From positions 344,425,765 through 344,489,764 of the forward strand of contig NC_133620.1 of NCBI RefSeq assembly GCF_048593235.1: 64,000 nt of DNA, read 5' to 3'. This DNA comes from Sminthopsis crassicaudata. Its lineage: Eukaryota. How positions within the stretch are numbered: the first letter of the stretch is position 1; every line of letters begins with the position of its first letter. Made by a program: the position numbers and the translations under genes. Positions 54,690-64,000 of the stretch are shown piece after piece. A model generated the notes under the pieces. It was not told the origin of the DNA, did no database searches, and saw nothing but the letters and a program-made list of their open reading frames with translations.

Positions 54690-56033
54690 GAAATTAGATA
54701 TGGATCCACACTTAACACCATATACCAAGATAAGATCAAAATGGGTCCATGATTTAGGCATAAAGAGGGAGATAATAAATAGATTAGAGGAACAGAGGAT
54801 AATCTACCTCTCAGACTTGTGGAGGAGGAAGGAATTTATGACCAGAGGAGAACTAGAGATCATTATTGATCACAAAATAGAAGATTTTGATTACATCAAA
54901 CTAAAAAGTTTCTGTACAAATAATACTAATGCAAACAAGATTAGAAGGGAAGTAACAAATTGGGAAAATATTTTTAAAAACAAAGGTTCTGACAAAGGTC
55001 TCATTTCCAAAATATATAGAGAACTGACCCTAATTTATAAGAAACTGAACTATTCTCCAATTGATAAATGGTCAAAGGATATGAACAGACAATTCTCAGA
55101 GGAAGAAATTGAAACTATATCCACTCACATGAAAGAGTGTTCCAAATCACTACTGATCAGAGAAATGCAAATTAAGACCACTCTGAGATACCACTACACA
55201 CCTGTCAGATTGGCTAAGATGACAGGAACAAATAATGATGAATGTTGGAGGGGATGTGGGGAAACTGGGACACTAATACATTGCTGGTGGAGTTGCGAAA
55301 AAATCCAGCCATTCTGGAGAGCAATCTGGAATTATGCCCAAAAAGTTATCAAACTGTGCATACCCTTTGACCCAGCAGCGCTACTACTGGGCTTATATCC
55401 CAAAGAAATACTAAAGAGCGGAAAGAGACATATATGTGCCAAAATGTTTGTGGCAGCTCTTTTCGTGGTGGCTAGAAACTGGAAGATGAATGGATGTCCA
55501 TCAGTTGGAGAATGGTTGGGTAAATTGTGGTATATGAAGGTTATGGAATATTATTGCTCTGTAAGAAATGACCAGCAGGAGGAATACAGAGAGGCCTGGA
55601 GAGACTTAAACCAACTGATGCTGAGTGAAATGAGCAGAACCAGAAGATCACTGTACACTTCAACAACAATACTGTATGGGGATGTATTCTGTTGGAAGTG
55701 GAAATCTTCAACATAAAGAAGATCCAACTCACTTCCAGTTGATCAATGATGGACAGAGGTAGCTACACCCAGAGAAGAAACACTGGGAAGTGAATGTAAA
55801 TTGTTAGCACTAATATTTGTCTGCCCAGGTTGCATGTACCTTCGGATTCTAATGTTTATTGTGCAACAAGAAAATGATATTTACACACATGTATTGTACC
55901 TAGACTATATTGTAACACATGTAAAATGTATGGGATTGCCTGTCATCGGGGGGAGGGAATAGAGGGAGGGGGGATAGTTTGGAAAAATGAATACAAGGGA
56001 TAATATTATAAAAAAAAAAAAAAAAAACAAAAA
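54690..56033 (+). mobile_element. Young 5'-truncated L1 with 3'UTR, poly(A) and 18-bp TSD
   Basis: TSD aaacaatcactgcagcca at 54672-54689 and 56034-56051; open ORF2 C-terminal frame 54700-55716 with a CX3CX7HX4C knuckle (CWRGCGETGTLIHCWWSC). Confidence 0.95.
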
Positions 56034-56949
56034 AAACAATCACTGCAGCCAATTATAGGTAACTCAGTCTCAATCATGCTCTCCGCTCTGCTGACTGCCA
56101 ACTTCCTAGCCTAGGATAAGACTTCAACCCTCCTATCTGCCATGTTCACCTCTGCCCAACTGGAGAGGACAGATCAGGTAGCCAACCAAGAAAACTCAGG
56201 AGATTTCATGTGGTCAAAGTCTATGCATTATGATTGCAATAATGCTGCTATTGTCCGAGGGGTTTACTTAGCAAAGTTTGATAATTTCTTCTCTAGTGGA
56301 ATTAGACAAAGGGAGATCATATGATTAGCCCAGGTTCATATACCTAATAAATAGCTGAGGCTTAATTTAAAATCAGGTCTTCCTGCCTCTGAGTCATCTG
56401 ACTGCCTCCTAGACAAGAAGGGGTTAAGTGACTTATTTAAGTTTATTCAGCTAGCATCTGAGGCGGACTTTGAACTCCAGGCCCAGTGCTCTATCCAGTA
56501 TATTGCTTGCCTTCTCGAAGGATGGGAGAAGGAAAGAATTTGAAATTCAAAATTCAAAAGAAAAGAGAATGTTAAAAAAATTACATTTAAATGAAAAATA
56601 ATATTCCATAACATTCATATACCATAACTTACTCAGCCATTCTCCAACTGATGGGCATCCACTCAGTTTCCAGTTTCTTGTCACTCCAAAAAGGGCTACC
56701 ACAAACATAAAATAGATGTTTTTAAAAAGACAAAATGTTTAGAGCTAAAAGAAACTTTGGGGAGAATAGAGAGACTTGTCTCCATTAGAAAAGTAAAGCA
56801 GGTGCTCTGGAAGAGTTGGAGTTCATCTCATGATTCTATTTTGGGGAGGGGTTAGGTATGTTAATGGGGTGTGGGAGAAAAGATTCTGAGGAAACCTCAG
56901 CCTTTTTAATAGAATCTGTTAGAGCTGAAAGTGACCTTAGAAATATCAA

Positions 56950-57780
56950 TACTGATCATATAATGATAAATGTTGGAAAGGATGTGGGAAAACTGGGACA
57001 CTAATGCATTGTTGGTGGAATTGTGAAATGATCCAGCCAACCTGGAGAGTAATTTGGATCTATACCAAAGGGCTACATAACTGCATTTCCTTTGATCCAG
57101 TGACGTCACTACTGGGTCTGTATCCCAAAGAGATCATAAAAGAGGGAAAAGGGCCCACTTATGCAAAAAATGTTTGTAGCAGCCCTTTTTGTAGTGTCAA
57201 GGAACTGGATATTGAGTGGATGCCCATCAGTCATAGAATGGTTGAATAAGTTATGAATAACTGAATAAGTATATGAATGTCGTGAAATATTATTGTTGTA
57301 TAAGTAACAAATCAGCAGGATGATTTAAACGAACTGATGCTAAGTGAAGTGAGTAGAACCAAGAGAATATTGTAAACAATAATAGGTGCATTCTGTGATA
57401 GACTTGGCTCTTCTCAACAATGTGATGATTCAGAATAATTCCAATAGACTTGGGATGGAAAATGCCATCGGGATCCAGAGAGAGAACTTTGGAGACTGAA
57501 TGTATTCAAAGCATAGTATGTTCACCTTTTTTGTTTGTGTGTTTGTCTTTCTCATGGCTTTTTTCCTTTTGGTCTGATTTTTCTTGTACAACATGACAGA
57601 TATGGAAATATGTTTAAAAGGATTACACATATTCAACCTATATCAAATTGCTTGTTCTTTTGAGGTGGGGAGAGGTAAAGGGAAGAGGGAGAAAAAATTT
57701 GGAACACAAAGTTTTACAAAAAGGAATGTTGAAAACCATCTTCGCATATATGTGGGAAAAAATACTATTGAGGAAAAAAA
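56950..57780 (+). mobile_element. Older L1 ORF2 C-terminus plus 3'UTR
   Basis: HCWWNC...SFDPVTSLLGLYPKEI remnant with frameshifts. Confidence 0.85.
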
Positions 57781-60309
57781 TACTAATCATAAGACTTAGA
57801 GTTGAGACCGAGCACTTTGTGTAATCCTCATTTCATAGATGAGGAAATTCACTTACTCAAAGTCACACAAACAGTAGTAAATGTCCTCCAACAACAATTT
57901 ACTATGGGTGGGGATAGGTGGTTTCTTACTGATTATTTGAGTACCATAGGGGAACTCCTTTGAACATCTGCTCTAGGAATTTTCAAAAGGCACAAGGAGA
58001 TGCTATTGAATTAAGCATCAGAGACATAATTTGAACCCAGTTTTTCTGCAACCTAATCCATCAAACATTCTTTTCTACAAACCTATTCTAAAAATTGTTT
58101 TGAAGGTAGAATTCTTTTCTCTTATTAATTTTTCCGTCTTGATTTTTATTTGCATCGACCATCTTTTTTAAAAATTCTAAACCTTTCAAATCTGTCCTCA
58201 GATACTTATTAGCTGTGTGATTTTGGTCGAGTCACTTAATCCTGATTGCCTCCTTTTTCCTCCAAATAATAAAATTCTGAACTTAGACACCAAATAAATT
58301 TGACATTTCTATATACATAGAACAGAAAAAGATTGTATATGAAATAGCAAATATCTATTTTATATGAATTATTTTTCTTTTAAAATGTAATATACATTTA
58401 TATAACAAGTAAGCAAGCTCTTCTGCTTGTTTGTGATTCTGGCCAGTATATTCTATGCATTCATTTAAAAGTATTTTAATAGCTCTCTTCCTTCTATGCT
58501 TTTTCTTTACTTTCTTCCCTTTTCTTCCTCTTTTTATCCCTCCTTCCTTCCTTCTTCCTCTTCTTTTCTTCCTTCCTATTTTTTTGTCTATCCTATTTCC
58601 AGTGTCCCTTTCTCTCCCCTCCTATTAGGAAAGAAAATTTTAAAAAAACTTATCATAAATAAGCATAGTCAAAACAAATCCCCACATTGACCATATGACT
58701 AATTCTTCATCCTAAATCCATTACCTCTTTCTATCAGGAGGTGAGTTACAAACATAAGTCAACATCTGTCCTCTGGAGTCATGGCTGGGCACTGCATTGA
58801 TCAGAATTCTTAAGTTTTTTAAGTTCTTCTTTTCGGTGTTGTTATTGGATAAATTGTTCTGGTTCTATTCACTTCACTCTGCATCAATTCATAATGAAGA
58901 GGTCAAATAGACACCCACAATGGTTTTGGGAGAACAAGAGATTTGGGAGAGCATAATTATAAAAGAACATTTATATAAAGGTTTGAGACATGGAGCAATC
59001 ATAACAAAATATCCATCACATATTACTAAGATTTTGCTGTTTTATTTTATTATGTTAATAGCACACAGGCGTTAACAAGAAAAGAGGTTTTTAACAATTT
59101 ACAAGGGGAAAGACAAGTTCACTAGTGGAACTCACCATTAATCAGGAGGAAGAAGCCTATGCTATTGGCCATCTGGTTACCCAGAATGTCATCACTAGGT
59201 GTCTCTCAAACTGTCCCTTTCATCATTTTTTATGGTGCAATATCTATTGCATTCATAGACCATAATTTGTAGCTTCCATTTTTTTTCTATAAGGAAAAGC
59301 ACCGCTATAAATATTATTCTTATATGAGTTTCTCTCTCTCTTTCTGTCTCCTGAAACATAACTATTTCCCCCCTCTCTGCTCTCTGTTGCCAAATCCTAC
59401 TTTGCCAAACTGTAGCTATTCCCTTGAAGATTTGGCAAAACTTAGATGTAAAGGAAAGGGATTCATATCCATATCTAAAATGCTTCTTGTCCCAGCTTCC
59501 AGCAGTTCAACTTACCCCTACACATACACCCAAGTGGAATATTTGAATGGATAAAGTAGAAAGCTCCCAGAGGACTCTGAAAAAGCAAAGCTGAGCCTTG
59601 GCTATTTGGCAGTTCAACGGGGCATACTGGAAGGTTAGGTAGGTCAGGTAAACTCCTTGCTGGCAAATCAAGAACTCTGAAAAACAAGAAAAAAGGGATT
59701 TCCAGGACCCTCAAACCTTGCCCTAGATAGTACAAAAGATATCATAGTTAATATGGAAAGAACTCTGGTCTTAAGAGTTGGGAAACTTAGGAAATATCTC
59801 CTAGAAACCTATGTCAAAGGCTTACTTGTTGTGTCCTGCTTTCTAGAGCCTCCACACCGGGGTAATTAAAATATACCTTCCCAGTGAAGAAGTGTTGAGG
59901 TAGAATTCCTGAGGATGGTGGAAAAATGGGGTTCATTTATTACAAAGTCTTTTCCCCTTTTATACCATTATACCCTTAAGTAACAAAAACATGCACCAAG
60001 TATATACTGGGCACATGGGACCACATAAACAACTTGCTATTGTATGTAGTTTGCCACCTGGTATCACTCTACTTCAATCACAACACAGGCTTTCAGTGTC
60101 CCCTGACTTCTCAGGAAGGCCGAGAGTCCTTAGGGGAGGTGGGGAGCCCAACCAGACATTGTCAGGACGTTCCCTCTGGACTGAAGGGTCTTATACCTTA
60201 CCCAGAGTTCCCCCACTGTCTATGACCCTCTATACTTACTCTGGAGTCATTTTACTTTTCTGACTTTATATCTTTCTTTGCAAAACAAAAAGATTGGATT
60301 AGATGACAG

Positions 60310-60610
60310 TTCTTTTAATTATTTTTTAAATAAAGCTTTTTATTTTCAAAACATATGCACAGATAATTTAATGTTGACCCTTGCATAATCTTATGTTTCA
60401 GATTTTCTCCTCCTTCCCCCTCACCCTCTCTCCTAGATAGCAAGCAATTCAATATATGTTAAACATGTTAAAATATATGTTAAATCCAATATATATAAAC
60501 ATTTATACAATTTTCTTGCTGCACAAGAGAAATCAGATCAAAAAAAGAAAGCAAATGAGTAAGAAAACAAAATGCAAGTAAACAACAACAAAAAGAGTGA
60601 GAATGTTATG
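60310..60610 (-). mobile_element. L1 3'-end fragment
   Basis: Same family as 9908-10240. Confidence 0.65.
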
Positions 60611-60690
60611 TCTGTCTAGATGGCAGTTCTAAATCTATACATCCTAGCCTAAAGTTCTTACACAGTGCCACAACTGCAACAGGCTCTTAA

Positions 60691-61336
60691 TGATGTGATC
60701 TTTGATATAGGGTTTGGCACCAAAAGTTGGGGTTTGGTCATACAAAGAATTCACAATAGCCATTCTTTGGCAAAAGGTAGATTTATTTAGGGGAACAGAT
60801 TACAGACAAAATGTACAATAGACACCAGGAATGGTAACTATGAAATAGAGTTGGGAGAGCATATGAAAGGCAAGTTCCTCAGAAGAACTCACAATTACCC
60901 AGTAGAAAGGGAGTATCCCCCTGAGGTTGAAGCATGCTCTTAGCTGGCAGACTAAATCATGAAAGGGACTTAGCCTCCTAAAAGAGTTAGTTAGCTGTAA
61001 GGAGGAGAAGTGGAGTTGGGAAGTATAGAGGAGTTAGGGGAAATACCATGTGGCATGGGGGAAGGAAAAAGACATCACAAGATAGAGTGCTGTGGGAGCT
61101 TGACCCAAGGAAGATAGCAGCAAAGCTATGGGCCATAAGTTGTTTTATTGGGAAAATTCAGCCTCAGAGTCTTGACAAAACTTTGATTTCTAATTGGATT
61201 ACCTTTAGAAGGTGGGACCAAGGAATTAACTGATCTTCATAATCAGAGCCTTCTTCCTGCTTGCCTAAGGGTTTTTTTTTTAATCAATTTTTATCAAATT
61301 CTCTGCTAACCACAGCTAACATTGAAGACCTCATCA
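60691..61336 (-). mobile_element. Solo LTR (family A, copy 2)
   Basis: tgatg...catca termini; collinear similarity to 50496-51125. Confidence 0.7.
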
Positions 61337-61939
61337 TTTAGGTACATTCACTTAGGTACTTTAGTTCTCCAGGGCCCCAGCTTTCTCTTCTTAGGGATAT
61401 TCAACAAGCATCAAGTGCTTACTGTGTATTCAGTACTTGCCTAGTCTCAGGGATTCCAAAAAAGGCAAAAAATAATTTCTGCCTTCAGGAAGTTCATATT
61501 CTAATGACATAAATAATTACTGTACATACAAAATAAGAAGGATTTAATATCTGCCCTAATCCCCTTCAGGGGATTTTTTGTTGACTTTCAAGCATCATAT
61601 AAAAGTGAATCATTCTTATGAAATCCTCTTCTTTCCAGGCACTTCCAGAGTTTGGAGCTTAAGAGACCAAACAGAGACCCTCCTACATACCCCTCCAAAT
61701 TCACTTGTAAGTGGAAGCATAATATCCATGCAAGGAAGAAGTGTTTGGTGTGGATTCTACAGTATTAAGAACATCCAGTTTGGAATCAGAGATTTAAGAT
61801 TTGAAAGCTCCATCTTCTGCTTATTTATCTGTGTGATTCTGGATGAGTGACTTCCCCACTCTGGGCCTCAGTTCCCCTTTCTGTAAAAAGAAAAGGTTGC
61901 AGAGGTTCTAACATGCCATCCCATGCCATGCTATGCTGT

Positions 61940-62408
61940 GCCATGCTATGCCAAGGAAACCTCTGCCCACTGGAATAATATTCTCTTCTAGTGCTACCCT
62001 CTCTTTATCCTCACCTATTTCCCTAATGAGACTTTATGCATCTCTGTCAGAACTCCTCCACTGAGGAATTCAGCCTTTCTATTCTTGCATGATAAAGGCT
62101 GACTTCCCAATGCCAATTAATAAACCTCTTTTATCAGTCTAGCCTTTTTGGATTTGTAAATTTCTTTACAAAGAATCTGTGATACCAGAAGGGGGTTCCC
62201 CAAACTCCCTATCCTTACGCCAAATCCCAAGGGGGTGCAGGGGAGCCAAACCTCTCCATTTGGTTCCCTGAATTCCAAACCTGCCACTAGACCATATCAT
62301 TTAACTCCCTGACCACCAGAAACTCTAATCTCATTTTGGTTCCCTAAATCTAACCCTCATCATTTAGTTTTCTGACAAAAGGGAACCCCAAAACCTAAAC
62401 CTCATCAA
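61940..62408 (+). mobile_element. LTR fragment related to family B
   Basis: aataaacctcttttatcagtctag matches aataaacctttttatcaatctag at 51729; ends ctcatca. Confidence 0.5.
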
Positions 62409-63784
62409 GATGATTTGTGAGGTCTTCTTTACTTCTAAATTCTATGAGCTCAGTGGCTTTGCTGGAGATATAGCAACTGGAGCAGGAATGAATCTGGGCT
62501 CCATCTTCACTTAGAGGAGGGAGAGGAAGCCCCTGAACAGGATCAGCCACCTTGGACTGTAGATTTTTATGATTTTGGGGATTCTCAGTATAAACTCATA
62601 TTGGGGCAGAAGTTTAACTGTTCACTCTCATACTGATCTTTTGCTTCTTTATCAATCATTCTTAAACCTCTTCATGACAGCTTTTCCTCTTGGTCTCTGA
62701 ATCTTGACATCACTTCCCTTTTCATTTCTCTCTTCTCATTTCTGAGTTTTTTCCATTCTGGCCCTCCTCCAGAACACCTCCTTAATTTAGTCACCTATTT
62801 GCTTCAACTCCTAGCCTTGAAGTCCAACTGAAACTGTCTTGATTTGTAGAATCTATTCATATTAAGAGATATTCAATCAATGTTCTCTCCTATTCCACAA
62901 ATATTTTCAAACCACTTTACAGGAAAGAAGGACCACAGGGAAAAATAATCTGTTCCTAGGGGAAAGAAAACACATTTCTTTTCTTCTCTAACTGCTCCCC
63001 TTCTTCACACTACCCTCCCCCCACCAAGTATATAGAATCTGAAAGCATTGTTATCAAACTCCAGGCACCTGACATCCAGAAAGAACCTTGGAACACCAAT
63101 ATCCAGGAGAAAGAGTCCAAATATGGTTACCATGACGGTGGACCCTGAGAGCCTCACACCGGCCCATAGGACAGGGCAGAGCACCTTGGGGGAAGACTCA
63201 AGGTGATGAGGGCCTGCCCAAAGCCTGACTGCTAAAGTAGAAGTCATATCCAAGTGGAAGGATCCCAACAGGTAAAAGCCAGAGATGATTACCCCCAACT
63301 CACTTGGCTTTCGCCAGTTTCCCTCACAATTCTGCCAGTTTTCTTTCCACTTTGTGTTTTTTGATTCTCTTTTTATAGCTTCCACTCCCCCAGAACCTTA
63401 TTAAGATCTCTGCCCTTTGGTAGATCAAAGTGAAGCTTCCCTCACCCGGAATATCTATCTACCTGTCAGCCCTCAGTTCAGTTAAACTGAAGTTCACATA
63501 CCTACTTTGTGTCAAATCCATTGGCAGCCCAGAGAAACAGTCTACAGATAAATGAAATAATAATGTCTGAGAGGCTCTGGTCTACTCTAGGAATGAAAAA
63601 ATCTTGGGATAACCTTTCAGTTCTCTTAGCAAGTTTTTCTTCATCTCTCTCTGCATAGGGCCAGGTTCCCCAAATTAAAGATGTATACCCACTTCCATAC
63701 ACCCCCATTTTAATAATGAGCAATGTCTCAGTCTGCCTGATTGATCAATGACTCACTCAAGCCTCCATAGGATCAAAGGCCAAT

Positions 63785-64000
63785 TTTTTTTAAAATAGTT
63801 TTTTGTTTTTTTAAATACATGCAAAAATAGTTATCACCTCAAAACCTTGTATTCCAAATTTTTCTTCCTCTTTTCTCCCTTCCTCCCTCCCCTAGATAGC
63901 AAGCAATTTAATGTAGGTTAAACATGTGCAATTTTTTTAAAAAGCTATATATTTTCAAAACATATGCACAGATAATTTTTCAACATTAATCCTTGCATAG
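63785..64000 (-). mobile_element. L1 3'-end fragments
   Basis: Two abutting copies of the 9908-10240 type end. Confidence 0.6.

Noticed and set aside
50496-61336. The two family-A LTRs as the ends of one 10-kb provirus
   Set aside because: Copy 1 has its own TSD on both sides, the copies are clearly diverged, and no gag/pol/env is visible between them
63036-63271. Exon-like segment (tag...cag/gtaaaa) and 126-aa minus ORF at 63005-63385
   Set aside because: Stops in all three plus frames; no match I recognise to SLC25A39, the expected neighbour, or any other protein; a BLASTX search could revisit this

Overview
Marsupial genomic DNA, probably a dasyurid such as the Tasmanian devil (inferred from the SINE and L1 styles), with two N gaps (24533-24709, 34287-34558). 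It carries the conserved block ITGA2B(+) - FAM171A2(+) - GRN(-). All three models were built by hand from GT-AG exons and close in frame. ITGA2B has 30 coding exons (5363-20376, 3156 nt, 1051 aa). FAM171A2 has 8 exons (29211-39651, 2475 nt, 824 aa). Progranulin has 12 coding exons (44792-41000, 1749 nt, 582 aa) plus a non-coding exon 1 near 47854. Most other sequence is transposon-derived: old and young L1 (one with an 18-bp TSD and an open ORF2 3' part), L2, L3/CR1, RTE, MIR/MAR1/WSINE1-type SINEs and solo LTRs. No new protein-coding system is supported. The most unusual signal is two short, collinear, same-strand patches (27492-27522, 27986-28057) apparently copied from the FAM171A2 promoter and 5'UTR/start codon about 1.1-1.2 kb downstream. 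Other points of interest are a 71-nt near-perfect hairpin in FAM171A2 intron 1 and duplicated or cryptic splice donors in ITGA2B. Human comparisons rely on recalled sequences, not a search.
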